Assembly: GCF_006345805.1 (NCBI RefSeq)
Contig: NC_042999.1
Location: 113,460,001 to 113,524,000 of the forward strand
Length of the DNA: 64,000 nucleotides
Origin: Octopus sinensis
Lineage: Eukaryota
Direction: 5' to 3'
Shown: piece by piece, positions 33,751 to 48,331 of the stretch
Numbering within the stretch: the first letter of the stretch is position 1
Layout: each line of letters starts with the position of its first letter
Notes under the pieces: model-generated
The model's database searches: none
The model's input: only the letters and a program-made list of their open reading frames with translations
Told to the model about the DNA's origin: nothing
Made by a program: the position numbers and the translations under genes

Positions 33751-35893
33751 AAAAATATATATATGTATATATTGCTTAGGCGTAGCAATACTAATTACTT
33801 GGTGTTAGAATTCAGTATACACATGCTTCATGAAAAAAGGGTTACTTGAGTACAGAGCGAAATAAGAGATTACATAAATAACAGGGGAACAAGAAATTAT
33901 GTATTGAACTTCATTGGCTTACAAGTGTTTCTACCATAGATGCAATGTGCTTATAGCCTTGTGCTTGTGTATCACCTTATATCTTTGTCAGAGCTTTAAA
34001 AATGAAGTGCAATCTTTTTGCTTTCTCAGATAAAACTGCGCTTCATTTTTGAAGCTGTGCTAAAGTTATAAGATGATACACAAGCACTGAACAATGAGTG
34101 CATTTTTTACATTTGACGGATATTTGTCCTCATCTTGTTTGTTGTTAACACAATGTTTTGGGTGTCTTGAGGAATAAAACTTAAACTTAATTAACCTATT
34201 AATATTTTTTTTATATCTATCACCCCATTTTGGCCACCCCATTATTATCCCACTTTTCTTCAACTAGATCTTTCCACCGCCCCCAAGGGGGCAGTACTGC
34301 CCACTTTGGGAACCACTGATATATATAATCCAACCCATGCCAGCATGGCAAGCTGACGTTAAATGATGATGATACATATGACATCTATTTTCTTTCATTT
34401 TCCCCCATGTTTATTGAAATTTCAGTGTTCTTCAGTATAGTAATTTTATTTAATTGCATTGTGAGTTGATATTATTACTGCTTGTGCATTTTCATAACAT
34501 TGTTATATTTATATTTCTATATTGCTATTGTATATCATCATTGTAAGTGTATTATATGTTGTTGTCATATGTGTTATTACTGTATTGTATGGTATTTTCT
34601 ACCACAATGAGACTGGCCTCTACTTTTCCAAGCTAGCTGTTCTCCCAATTCACACTTCTCTATTCCTATGTATCCTTTCTCCAGCAAGCATTGCACTAAT
34701 CTCTGTGCCCATTCTTCTTTCTCCAGAACATTGGCCTTCTGGATTTTCTTCTTTGTAAATGTTTTTTCTATAGCCATAAACTAATGAGAAGGCATGGCTG
34801 TGTGGTTAAAAAGCTTGCTTCTCAAACATGTGGTCCTGGGTTCAGCCTCACCTTGGGCTAGTATCTTTTTCAATGACCCTGGGTCAGCCAAAGCCTCGTG
34901 AGTGGATTTGATTGACAATAGCTGAATGAAGCCTGTCATATATTTGTTTTTACATTCGGTTATAAAAAAAACAATTTTACATTAATCTGATGGGTTACTC
35001 TATACTTTTGTAGAGAATGTTGTTAACAGTGACTTTGAAGTTTCAGCCAGTTAAACCATTTAGTTTCTACTAGCTTTGTGATTTCTTTATTCTTTGACCT
35101 TTACTTTAAAAAGATCCTCTTTTGGTTTCCAAAGATATTCTAGTATTCAAACAACTGAACTACTTATTAAATTATAGAGTAAGTAGATGAGTATTCCTCA
35201 GACCCTTGACCTTTAATGTAATCCTGAGGAAGAATCAGTATGATACAGTGACAAAGCTGGCTCTTTGAATTACAGTCCATTCAATGGGTTTCTATCCAGT
35301 TTCAGGCTACCACTGGCTCAGGAGTGAAATTTGCTTAGTAGGTGTAAACCCAGTTCCAAAATTTATTTTTACACATGATGTCTTAATGTTTTTTTTTATT
35401 TGGTTTTGTTCTGTGTTCTTTGAGAAGAAGTTTAACTTCAATCTACTTTTTACACATTGATTTCTAAACCTGAGAAAATTAGGGATGCAAATTTTGATTT
35501 TGTACTCCCCAAAATATTTTAGGCGGTACACCCCTTGTTCCCAGGCCCATGCTGGCTACCTAATTTCACCCATTAGGTTTGGGTAAACTCAATGCTCCAT
35601 GGTGTCATATAGCAGGATCAAGATATTATTTTTAAGTATTATTGATAGCAGAGTGAGGTCATCCTAATAATCTGACCCATACCATCAAAGGAAAAGAACT
35701 GAAAGTGATCTTCTACTTGATCTTTAAACTTGGCAAGAAATAGCAGTCAAACATTTGTGTTTGTATCACTTAAAAAGAGGAATCCAAAGAAATCAGTAAT
35801 GACTTTCAACAAAAATTGAATTTAATGATATAAAGTAAAATTACTCAACTTGGTCAGGGTTAATGTCTCTCTCACATTGGCATACCAACCTAA

Positions 35894-36058
35894 CCCTTTA
35901 TCAGATTACTCTGTCAAATATAATACTTATTAATTCATAGCTTTGAGATTTTGATGATGTAATTATTTAACATATTGTAACATAAGTGTGAGATCAGATT
36001 TGGTCAGTTTGAACATAAAATATTTTTGCTGGGTATGGCTGGTTTAAATGTTACAGGG
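35894..36058. mobile_element. piggyBac-type MITE (family of 25166-25381), internally deleted
   Basis: CCCTTTATCAGATTACTCTGTCAAA ... ACAGGG|TTAA. Confidence 0.75.
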
Positions 36059-38517
36059 TTAAGTCATTTTCTTTCATAATCATCACCATCATATGTCCAT
36101 TTTCCATGCTGGCATGGGTTGGATGGTTTGACAGTAGTTGGATGCCCTTCCTAACGCTAACCACTTTACAGAGTGTACTGGGTGCTTTTTATGTGGCACC
36201 AGCACCAGTGCTTTTTAACCTTATATAGTGTTAAAATCATGCTCTTATAATATCCTTCTAAAACACTTTCATTCAGTGCTGCATTTTTAGAAGTGTGTTT
36301 AGAGAAATAATTGAGTTTTAACTATATTATTTAACCCTGGATCAACCCTGAGCATAAACGGTATTCTAGTCATGAACAATCCTGTCTTTTTGAGAGAAAA
36401 TCTACAACAATAATATCTAATATGCCCTTTTAACACTGAGGGTATGATTGCGAAGAACTTGGCTACTTTTCCTAGTAGAGTGAATAATGTTGAAACTCTG
36501 TTGCCATGTGTTCCACACTATATTTCTTATACTTTTCACACAGTACAGTGTGGATTTATTGCTTCCTTGTTTATTATAGAATTTGGATTGTTTGTTGATA
36601 GTTTCTATTGTTTAGCTCAGCACCAACTGTGAATATGCAAACTTATAATCAAACACTCTTCAGTTATATTTGTCCTACAAGTTTGAGACTGAATTCACCT
36701 ATGTTTCCTTTTAGACTAATGATTGTATTTTGAAAGAGACTTGGCTGTAGCGGTATTTGTGTTTGTGTTGGTAAAATTCTGAGGCTAGTAATAGTTATGT
36801 TTATGACAACAAATTTATTAACTCTTTTCTGACTATATTTCAAATGGAAAATATTCTCTGAGACATGTTTTTGACCACCATACCACAAGTTTTTGAGGAA
36901 AAACTGAAATTGTCAGAATATTTAGAAAATTTAAGTGGTGCATCTATATGAATTTTAAACAGAATGCAACTAGACATCTACCTCTGTTTTAAAATAATAT
37001 TTATAATTGCTTTTATGCAACAAAGTTAATTATCTTTATTCAGTGTACCATGAATGGGAAAGATAAAAAATCTCAGATCTATAACTTTAAGAAATAAAGT
37101 TTGAAAATCAAAGATTTAGAAGGGTTTGACAAAACAACTCATTATTGAGTTGTGTTTCTAATATAGTTTATACAATTAGAATAAGTTTTAATTGCAATAT
37201 GACAATTTGTGGTGGTGGGGCATTTGTCTCCTAGAATCAAAGGTGGTCTTAAGGAGCTTGATATTGGAAGGGTTAAAATATTATTAAAAATTTTGATTTT
37301 GTATTGATATAATCAATAATTATCTATTGTTAAATGACAGCCAATATTTATTTTATCTATCATTCCTTCTGTATACATATTTTTACAAAAGAAAATGTCT
37401 AATTTTAATTTCCATTTTCTAAGAACACTAAATGGATCAGATTCTATTTCTGAAATTGTAGACGACCTTAAAGATGAGGGAGAGACTGTTTAAATATATC
37501 TGTAGATAGTGATAACTGCTACTAGATTTGATGTACTGAAATGGACAGCCTGACCTGATTAGTATTATATTTAGTTAAATGGAAGATTTACTCATGTTCA
37601 CCCCCACCACCACCCCTTTTCTCCATCTACCTTAGTCTGTAAATGAGTGACCTAAATTCCTGGTCACTAATATTGTTTGCTGTTATGTGGCAATATCTTG
37701 TGACCCTGATGTGTACATAACATATAACAACAGACTCACAGATTCACTGTGACAACTTTTGTTGTGATTATTTCCGAACCCTGCTTTTGCAATTTTACTG
37801 ATCATCATGGTATATTGAAAGACTTAAGACACCAAGCTTCCCACTAGCACTTGCTTTCCTTTCTTTCTATTAATTGTCAAGAAGGGAAGAAAATCTCTCT
37901 CTCAAGAGTTTTCCAGCAGAGGTAGATGCAGCTGCTCTCACCTCTACTACTGTTACTACTACTACTACTGCTGCTGCTACTGTTAGTCTTGCATCTGCTG
38001 CTGTTTAGCACTACTACTTAGCTGAACTGCTACCAGTGCCTGCCTTTGCATCAAGATTTTGGCTACCTGTTATTGGCTGCCTCTGCCTTGTTTTGTTGAT
38101 GTATATTAACAAACAAGCATGTTCTATTATGGATGTAGGTACCCACAAATCTTTTACTCCTTTCTACCAATGTTATTAATTGTTTTTACCTTCCCATCAT
38201 GATTTTCTATTTCCAACCTTATTTCAACTCATTGAGTTGCACTACACCTGCAAGTCAACGATTATAGTTTTCCTTTTTAAAACTTTTCTCTCATTCATTA
38301 CTAATTTCTTTATAATGTCTGTATCTCAGAAATAGAATTTGATTTGTCTTTGTTTATTGCAAATGAAACTTCATTACAATCTGACACATTGTGTCATTGA
38401 TTTCCTTGAGCAGTTTTCAATTTTTTATTTTGTTTTATGTGACAGCTGGATAAGATTAAAATTAAAATGTATGAAATGGTTGTCTCAGCTGTTTTTGTCT
38501 GTCTGTCTGTCTCTCTT

Positions 38518-38557
<40 letters not shown>

Positions 38558-41500
38558 GATGTTATTATTTAGCAATAACAGCTCTTTACTTTTAGTATCA
38601 CAAGTAAGTGCTGGCAGATGTGAAAGCTTTAATTGAAAATCCCATATTGCATCGTATCAATTTAATTCTATTGATTACTAATAATGACTATTATTTCATC
38701 ACTTGGTAGCATCTTCAATGTTTTTAATGGTTTCAGAATTACTTCCAGAGAAGGAATTCCTAAATACAAATATTAAATTATTTCTTTAGTTTATCTTTTA
38801 GTTTTTATTTTATTTTTCAACCTCCCAACTTTATTTTTAATAGATGAAATTAATGTATATATTATCTATATCCTAAGAAAATATCTAAATAATATCTAAA
38901 TTCTGACAAAAACTTGTGACCAAACTAAAGTTTAGGGGCTTGTAGATATTCAGCAGTCCCTCTCTTTTTCTGTTATTCTGTCAACCTATTTTTAGCTTTG
39001 TTGGTTCATTATATTCTTCTCATTTGATTCATATGATTTTCTAATTATAGATAGTAGTTTCAATATGTTGCAGAAATTGTCAAACAAAATTGCCTGTCTC
39101 TATCTAGTTTGCTTCTAACCTGTGTGACGTTTATTCACCTTTTGAAATTTAGGGCCCCTCAAAAAATAAAAAAATAAAATCCTTATCTAATCTTTTCATA
39201 GGGTTCAGTCTCAAGTTGCTCCAAATCCTTTCATTTTTCCCCATTTTATTTATTTATTTTATTCTTTATTGTAAGAAAAATGTTATTCTTTCAATGTTCT
39301 TGCTCTCCAAAAGAATAGTGGTAGAGTTTAATGTCAAAATTAGTCAAAAAATATGTTGTTGTTAATTATAAATATTCCTTTACTCTTATCTTCATGTATT
39401 TGATTAATGGCATCTTTTGCTATTTTTCACTATACACTTCCTTCTTCATGTCTGCGAATGTATGAAGGACCTGTAGCTTTATTGTGAATCAATATAGCTC
39501 AGCCAGTCCATAGAAGACAATGAAAATTGAAAGAATTTCATATATGCATTTGTTACAGAAAACATTAAGACACCTTAGTTTTCATATCAGTCAAATCATT
39601 GTGAATATAAGATAAAAGAAAAAAAAAAGGATATGCATTTGATGTCTCCAGAATGTATAATAGTGACTTTAAGCAACCAACCTACATGAGGGGGGTGGAG
39701 TGGGAGAACAGTCTCATCCTGTTTAATCTAATGGTTTTCTTCACTGAACACTAGCTTCTCATCTCAACATATTTAGTAGATTTACATCTTTTTTTTTTTT
39801 CTTTTTAAACTTTGATTTATTTTGAGAGGACTAGTTAGCTTTAGCCTTTTTTAATATGAACTTTTCACATACTGGGAAGGAGACCAAATGTTTGTTTCCC
39901 TTGTCAATACACTTCTGTTTGATATTAGTGGTTTGACTGTTGAATTGCTTTTATCTCCAGTTTCTTTCAGGCTTGCAAACATAGAACAAATTTTTAAAAT
40001 CTATCTTAAAACCAGTTTGGCTTTGTGTATGTGTGTGTACATGCTGTTGTCTTATTTCTTCTGTCTTTGCTTTTCCTAACATATTTTGAGTTCATCTTGT
40101 ATAATAACTTTCTAATGTCCCTTAAATCTCCTATTAAGTTGAAAATGTCTAGCTGGTGATATTTGCTTTAACCATGTATATATAGACATTATATAAAGTC
40201 AATTTCCTCTAAGATTTTCTGAACTCTGTTGCACAAACTTCAATAATAAAAGGTCCATATTGGGGACATAGAAAAGCAACTTTTAACTTTTTTGTTTTTC
40301 TTAGAGAAATTTCCCAACAAACTTTTCTAACATCAATTAATGAATTATTGAGAAGAAATTTATTGCAAATGTCTGGTTATATTACAGAAATAGTAACTGT
40401 TGGGGTTAAGACTCCTATTGCATGGCACCTTGGGTAATTGTCTTCTACGATACAGACTGACCAGTGCTTTGTGAGTGAATTTGGTTGACAGAAAATGTGT
40501 GAAAACTCGTGTGTGTATGTGTGTTGTTTTGCTTGTTTTTGTCCCACCCACCATTTGATAACCAATGTTTGTTCATTTACATCTCCATAACTTAGCACTT
40601 TGGTAAGAGTGACCAAAAGAATAAGTACTGGAGGCTAATTTGATCGACTAATCCCTTCTAAGCAGTACCCATTGTGACTACAGTTGATTGTTTGACATAA
40701 AGAAACGATAAAAGATCCATTAAGATTTAACGTTTGAGAAATTTGTTTCCAAGTTACCTGCCAGTTAAGAGCAATTATCAAATGCCAGTCAATAACTGAT
40801 TGGCTAATCATCAATGTTTTTATCTCATGATTGCTCAATATCGAATCCTCTTTTCCTTGTGTCATCATCATCATTTAATGTTCATTTTCCATGCTGGCAT
40901 GAGGTGGACAGTTTGACAGGAGCTGGCCAACTGAAGAGCTGCCCAGGCTCCATGTCTGTTTTGGCACAGTTTCTACAGCTGGATGTGTTTACATGGTATC
41001 AGTACAGGTGCTTTTTACATGGTACCAGCACCCATGAGCCTGCAAGATTAGGAATGCTCAGCTGGAGTGGGATGCAGGAGACAAGCTTGTATGCAAGGAC
41101 AACCATGCTTTTACTTGGCTTGGCATGTTTTCTCAAACACAGCATACTGCTAGAAGTCTTGGTCCCCTATTAACTATTTAGATGGCTCACCAGATGTACT
41201 TTACTATTTCTATTACCTAGTTAATCTAATTAGTGCTGGGGTTAGTTATATATGGAAACAAAATTAAGAAAGGGTTGCTAGAAGTTTTAGGGAGCTGTTA
41301 CCGCTGTTTGTAACAAGCGTTTTACTCTATAAAAGGCAGACTATGAATCCTGTATAAAAAGAGCAATGTTGCATGGTAGCAAGACATGAGTATTAAATGA
41401 AGACAATCTGTAAAAGCACAAGAGAAATGAGGTGAATATTTTCCATTGAAAGGTGTAATTGATTTGTATAGAAGGTGGAGCACCATTTAATTGGGAGAGA

Positions 41501-41800
41501 TATCTTTTTTCTTTTTTTAATTGGTGTTGTATACAGGGGATTTGACTTGCTAGAATGATCAAATGATGTGAATGAATGAAGAGTATTGGATGAAAGGTTC
41601 TGCCAGCTGTTAACTGATGTCCCTTGTGAAAGAAGAAGACCTGTGAATAAGTGATAAGAGTTTTTGCTGTTGGTTTTACAGACCAGTGGTGATATGCTGT
41701 ATGGTTGACTTGTCCAACCTGACATGATAAAGTAAATGTTTAAACATACAAGTACAGCAAAGAGTTACTTATTTCTCATTTTCCCTTATCAGAAATATTA

Positions 41801-42023
41801 CCCTTTTGCTACCATATTTCTGTTGAAATACACTGCTTTCGTTTTGGTTAATTTTCAAAATAACGAAGAATTTAGTAAAAATAACATTGTCATTATTAAG
41901 CTGTGTTGTTGCAACATAAATTAACTTGGAATGCTGCTGGATGGTTTTAATTTAAATCACTGTAAAACAGAAAGTTGTATCTTAGAACTAGGGGTAATCT
42001 CAGTTGGGTTGGTATCAAAAGGG
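41801..42023. mobile_element. Second piggyBac-type MITE family
   Basis: CCCTTTTGCTACC ... GGTATCAAAAGGG|TTAA; same family as 56733-57160. Confidence 0.85.
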
Positions 42024-43059
42024 TTAATGAATAAATATTAAGCTTTATTAGTAATACAGATAATGTAAATTGGAGTGGATCTGGTCTTTAACTATAGCCC
42101 TGGGACAACCAAAGCCTTGTAAGTGGATTTGGTAGACAGAAACTGAAAGAAGCCCATTGAATATCGTTCATTTTTAATATTCTGCAGAAACATATCTGGC
42201 CACAGGGAAATATTATATCACTTGGAAACCAGTATGGATTGGCTACAGAAAAGGTATCCAGCCATAGAAAATGTGTCTGACTCATGCAAGAATGGAAAAT
42301 GGATGTTAAAACAATGATGATGAAAATAAATCAAATTCCACCTCACTGTAGGCAAATTGATTATAGAAAATGTAGTCACCTAAAAAGACAACCCAAACAA
42401 ATGAAACCTGTTGCACTAAGGTCTCACCTGAATGTCTACCTCTGCAGTGAGAGTTGTTTAGGTGGCTGGTATGTAACAGAAGAGTTTAGTTGGAAGGTGG
42501 AAACTGAGTATGCATGGGGAGAAAAAAAAAGGTAGAAGAAAGTTTGGAATCAGAGAAGGGTCTAGATGAACAGGTGTTGTAGAAAATGAGCAATCAGATA
42601 ATAGGGATGCAGAACAGGAGTGTTAAATTTCCATTGCAGTACCTACCTCTTGCCTTAGTTATTATTTTCAACCACAGCTCATCTCTAATTGAGCTAAGAT
42701 GTATCTGTAGCCCACTATGTATCTTTTCATGATGTACAATAATGTTAAGATGATAAGGGTGTTATTTGAAGGAATTTAGTTGCTATTTCTAACTAATCAA
42801 GCAATTACATAGAGGTTTCCACATTGGCTCATTGCCTTGGTTATAAATGGTTTTGTCAGCCTTGGCTTGACAGTTTTCTACAGCTCATACTTCTTTCCCT
42901 CAAAACACCAACATACATGAAGTACTATATAACCTATCTGTAGAATGAACACGTGCTGGAGAAAGTTGCCAAAATATATCCAGTACATATTAATTTACAC
43001 AAAATTTAATATTTTATGGTCTTTTGCTATTTAACATATTAATATTTCCATAAACGTCG

Positions 43060-43270
43060 AGGCAGTGAGCTTGCAGAATCAGTAGCATGCTAAGCAAAAC
43101 GCTTAGCAGCATTTCATCCATCTTTACATTGTGGGTTTAAATTCTGCTGAAGTCAACTTGGCCTTTCATCCTTTCAGGGTCAATAAAATATGTACCAGTT
43201 GCGTACTGGGGTTGATGTTATCAACCATCCTTCGAACTTGCTGGTCTTGTACCAAAGCTTTGAAATCAAT
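43060..43270 (+). mobile_element. Family-A SINE with probable TSD
   Basis: GGCAGTGAGCTTGCAGAATC head; AATATTTCCATAAACGTC occurs both before (~43041) and after (~43268) the element. Confidence 0.85.
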
Positions 43271-43619
43271 ATTTCCATAAACGTCATAGTTTCAAATGGA
43301 GTAAACCATTATTTATCTCTCCAAGATATGCGACAACATACTGTGCATTTTGTTAGGTTTTAATCTATGATACCGAAGTTAATAGACTTTCATTTATAGT
43401 TCAATGTAATATTGCTGTATTAACAGTTCAAGTCATTCCTTATATAGCAATTTAGTAATTTTGTCCAATACTTCACCACTCTGAAGGGAGAAGAGAGTTT
43501 TGTCATGCTTCCAATATTGATAGTACCCATTCTCCTAAGATATGACAGTGACTAAAAGTTGCCTAATGAAAATAGAAGAAAAATTATTCAGTCAAAACCA
43601 TTTACTTATTACAGTTTAA

Positions 43620-45174
43620 CCCTTTAGTGTTCAGACTGGCTGAAAATAATTCCCCTTTATTTGTTTGAACCAGCCAAATCTGGCCATATCTGATTCCTCT
43701 AGGAAATCACTAAAAAAATAAACAAATCATGTTACTGAATTCTTGTAGGTTTTATTCACCATGAAATTTTTGAGACTTTTTGGTTTTTACAATGTTTGAA
43801 GAGAAGTATATTCCTTGGTTTTTAACCATATGGTGTCAGCAAGTAGTGATTCTAACTTCGAAGGTTTTACTCTTGATGATGTACAAAATATAAATAAAAA
43901 CAACAGTGATTTGTCTTTGGGCAAATCTGATATTGATATTTATGAAGCTTCATCAGACGAGGGAGATTTTAATTATGAAAGTAATGAAAATGATATTGAA
44001 AACATTATGGCAACATGGTTGAAGATTACTACATCAACCAGAATTCCCGATTTCACAGAAAAGACTAGTCCACAATAAAAGTCTACCTCTCGATACTCAA
44101 CCATTGGACTATTTATTTATTTTTTTTACTAAAAAGTTTTTTTGAAACTGTTGTGGAGGAAACAAATAAATATGCTCAATGCATAATTTCTATTCGTGGA
44201 AGACCTGATCCACTATGGCAGTCAACTGATACTGTGGAAATGTGAGCTTTTTTTACTATAAACATTATGTTTGGTTTCAAACAGCTTCCTTGACTGTGGA
44301 ACTACTGGAGTCCTGATATAAGATATGGTGATCCATATATCTCCAGTGTTGTTTAACTATAGTTACATATATTGTTTATGTAAAAAGCCACAAGGTCAGA
44401 AAATATTGACTTCCATAAAGTGGAAAAAATAAATGGAAGAAAAAAGTTTGCAGACTGTGTTTGCTGCAAAAAAGAAAAACTGAAAGGATATCAGGTCGAG
44501 ACCTCATGTGTTTATTTTGTATATTCCTTTCATTTTATTACAAATATGTGAAAGTGAGAAATACATATTAATTTTCAGTATGTTACACACCTGTATTCAC
44601 CTTTATCTTGCCTGTTAATGGGTTTTTTTTTTATTAGATGCATTCTGTTATGTAAATGTATGCATTAAATTGTATGAGTACATTGCCAATGGTATATAGT
44701 AAAAGAGTTTTGTACTTTATTTTTCAATGAAAATGTTTGAATGAAATATAGAGAAAGAATAAAATCTTGTACCAATTATATCTGTATTTTAATCAATTCA
44801 AATTAATGTGCCTCATCTTGAAAAGTGGCAAAATTGTTGATGGTTGACATCTGGGATAATTTTAGTAACAAATCAAGCAGGTAAGATGCATTAAGAATTT
44901 CAATTTTAGTGTTTATCCATAATGTTATTGCTTTTAACCTGTTAATTAAATTTACCCACCCATAAAAGTCAAATTTAATCAGAAAGATCAACTAAAATTA
45001 CGTAACTATGAACCTCCGGTACATAAGCACCCACTGACAATTTCAAATTTGTATGTAAAAAATTAATGAAGTTACATGCAAATATTATGGATGCCAGCTC
45101 TTGAACCTGAATAATTTAAAATAATGTGAACAAATATGCATTACATTTGACAGATTAATCTGAACATTAAAGGG
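43620..45174 (+). mobile_element. Internally deleted piggyBac transposon
   Basis: TTAA|CCCTTTAGTGTTCAGA ... TCTGAACATTAAAGGG|TTAA (16-bp TIR, 1 mismatch); acidic N-terminus (43815-44078); VVEETNKYAQ, NIMFG.KQLP.LWNYWS; the DDD core is absent; Cys-rich C-terminal remnant DCVCCKK (~44450). Confidence 0.9.
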
Positions 45175-45239
45175 TTAATATCATTTTTCACCTTTTTGCT
45201 TTGTTTTATAGCTCTTCTCTGTCTGTCTACATAATGACT

Positions 45240-45700
45240 GTTTTATCATCCATTTTCCTTGTTGGTATAAGTTTAATGATCCAGCAGTACATCACCTTTC
45301 TATGCATCTCATTTATGTCAGTTGTGGCTTGGATTATGTCTTAAAGTCTGGCTCTTCCACCCCAAACAATTAATGATCCTCTACAAAGTTCTGCTTAGAT
45401 CTCAAAAGGAGTATTGGTCCTACACCTGGGATTGTACTGCTGCTGCACACATATACATCCTAGACTGCATCAAGAAAAATACTACTGAAGTGATTGGCAT
45501 AAAGTCACTCCAGCCTCTGGCCCACTGCTGTGCTGTTTCATTTCTAAACCTTTTCTACTCCTACTAGTATGGTTTCTGCTCCTTGGAGTTAGTTGCTTTT
45601 TTTGTCACTTTCACTTAGACATTCCTCTCAAACTCCCATGTTGTGTTCAACCCCCAATAGGTTCCACAATAACCGCTATACCCAATCTTTCCTCCTCAAA
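45240..45700 (+). mobile_element. CR1-group LINE 3' fragment (same clade as 2480-5200)
   Basis: KQLMILYKVLLRSQKEYWSYTW...LQPLAHCCAVSFLNLFYSY. Confidence 0.75.
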
Positions 45701-46375
45701 ACATTAACCTGATGGATTTCCTTCTCTGATCATGTCTCTCATGCATCAGTCTCGTCAGCCTGTGAGGGCCTGCAAAGGCCTTAGACACTGCTCTTTCCTC
45801 CACACTTGGCAAATATAAAAAGAAAAAATAAGGTCGAAACCAATTACATCTTCCCAAATTTCCTGAATCCCTGTCTACTCTATGTATTCTTCCAACCCTA
45901 ACTCAGCTTATTTTCAATTAACATGTATCTTTCCATACTACATCTTCATAAAATTAGTGTTGTCTCTTCTGTATAAATTTCTCAAGACCTGTTTCATCCA
46001 GTTGCCTTCTTCAATCTCTTTCACTCAGCTTTTCTAATAAATTAACATGGTAATACTAATTTATCATTACTCAGATTCCTTCTGTCCAGTTGAAGTCTCA
46101 CTGCTATGAAACCTTTATATACATGCTTGATATAGTCTGTCCCTTATAAAACAATCAAACATATCAGTAAGATTGTGTGAATAAAGACAAATGTGCACCT
46201 GATAGACATGTTTGCAAACTACAACACACTATGTAGCGCTGATTTTATTTTTGTGCTTTTGAGTCTTACCTAATTTCAGAACTGCCTTTTTGTAATATCT
46301 ATAACGATTGTAAGTTTGGGAATTGCTAATAAATTATAATTTAGTTATTTAATTTTTTTTCTTGATGTCTTTCAG

Positions 46376-46573
46376 CTAAGAAAGGTAAACAAGCTGCATC
46401 TGATGCAGTAAACCAAGGGATACCTCCTCAGGGCATACCTCCACAGAGCCTTGCTCCTGGCCAGTCACCTCAGCAAGCTCAACAGCAATCTCAGACCATG
46501 CAGGATCCAATAAATGCTTTGCAGAATTTAGCTATGCAGGGGACCACTTCTGCAATATGTCCTCAACAAGCTG
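46376..46573 (+). CDS. MED15: MED15 coding exon 4 (KKGKQAASDAVNQGIPPQGIPPQ...QDPINALQNLAMQG...)
   Basis: TGTCTTTCAG| acceptor, 198 nt, phase 1 to 1, G|GTAAGT donor; DPINALQNL matches MED15 DPMNALQSL; Q/P-rich. Confidence 0.92.
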
Positions 46574-47428
46574 GTAAGTGTTTCATTTACCTCATTTCAA
46601 TTTTTTAACAATTCCCTCATATATATTTTCTCTCTGTTAGATATCTGAACTTAATATTGAACATTTTACAGTTCTTTTCTTTATTTCACAGAAATATTTA
46701 AAAATACCAATACAGATGATGTTCTGATGTTTAATGACATTATTTGTTCTGTATTTAGTACTTCAGAAATTAATACATTTATTTTTTATTAATGGTACAC
46801 AGGATTGCTTATTATTGTCATCTTCATTGGTTCATATGGAACAGCTTTCTAAAATTTCCTTCTTTCCATCACTTCCACTTTTTTCTTCCATTTTTTTCTC
46901 TGCTGATTTACTAAACCATTAATTCATATAATAAAAATCATGTTATCAGGCATTATTTTGTCGCAAAATTATTACGAAACTAGGAGTATCAGTTGAGGAA
47001 TTTCTTTGTCTCAACTGGTTTTTCTTTTCTTCTTTTGTGTTGTACAAAAAGAGTAGCTTATATTTTTTAATTGACTTAATTCATTAGTTTCTGAGATTAT
47101 CATAAGAAATCATGGTTTCTGCTTTAGAATGTATCCTTGGATTAAAATTTGGTTTATGATATAGAAGTCTCTCTGGCAATCTTATTTGAGCCTGTTTTTG
47201 TTTCATGTTCCTCTCATACAGTGCATGTAGCAGTGACAATTTTTATTTCAACCTCCTTTTCAACAGTCACAATATACATGTTTTTCTTTCCTGAAATTTT
47301 ATAAAGAAGACATAAGCACTTAACCATGAACTTATTGATCTTGTATTTTTTTTTAGCCATCAGTTTTAATGTTCTTAATTTTTTAGTGTTGTAAACTGTT
47401 TTTGCATTTAGTGTCATTTACTTTTTCT

Positions 47429-48084
47429 ATTATTATTATAATTATTATTATTACTATTTTCAGCTTCGCCTCGTATTGCATATTATTTCTCCATACGGGG
47501 GTTTTTTTCAATGGCGGCCCATTTTCGCGGGGTTCTACTGTTCTTCTCTATCTATCTCTCTCTCTCCCTTTCTCACGTTGTCTGCCATTCCCCCCCTTCC
47601 ATTGCTAAGAGCATTTCTAAGCCAGCCCGTCAGTTCAAACTTCGTCCCCCTTCCATTGCTAAGAGCATTTCTAAGCCAGCCCGTCAGTTCAACCTTTGTA
47701 TATTCCCGTGTCAGGCCGAAGAACGAAATGTTTCCAAGATAAGAGTCTTTCTAATCTAATGTTGTGGTTGAGCTGTTTTGTTTGTTTATTAGTTATTATT
47801 ATTATTACTATTATTAGTACTAGTATTGTCCCTTTGATCCCCTGGTCGACAGTTTGCTTATTATTATTATAATTATTATTATTACTATTTTCAGCTTCGC
47901 CTCGTATTGCATATTATTTCTCCATACAGGGGTTTTTTTCAATGGCGGCCCATTTTCGCGGGGTTCTACTGTTCTTCTCTATCTATCTCTCTCTCTCCCT
48001 TTCTCACGTTGTCTGCCATTCCCCCCCTTCCATTGCTAAGAGCATTTCTAAGCCAGCCCGTCAGTTCAACCTTCATATATTCCC
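47429..48084. repeat. Recent direct duplication (~47429-47706 and ~47860-48084) with an internal 54-bp tandem unit
   Basis: Near-identical copies offset by 431 bp; unit CCCCCTTCCATTGCTAAGAGC...AAACTTCGT is doubled in copy 1 only. Confidence 0.92.
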
Positions 48085-48331
48085 GGTGCACCCGCCCTTG
48101 CCCACCACCAATACCGGATATCTCTATATTTTTGCTCCATCTATACCGGATGTCGCTTCTCCCACCACCATTATAGGTGTCTACTCTTCGAAACCCCCTC
48201 TTCAATACGCTATTTCACCATGCATTACCCCTCTCTTGATATCCTACGTTCTACTTGCCTAGAACCTGTCATCATTTCTCTGAACTACCCCTCCCCACTG
48301 GTGCTCCCCTATATATTTCTGCCCCCCCCCC

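Noticed and set aside
34090-34320. Penelope-like repeat scrap and a solo hAT-like end (CTTTGGGAACCACTG at 34304-34318)
   Set aside because: No hammerhead core is present here and no matching left TIR was found; too fragmentary to call.
37930-38030. CAG/CTA-rich tract as a possible MED15 polyQ exon
   Set aside because: The CAG runs are on the minus strand, the wrong strand for MED15, and there are no credible splice sites.
47715-47745. Minimal hammerhead-like CCGAAGAACGAAATGTTTC
   Set aside because: The core U4 is altered, and no stem I or stem III pairing is possible.
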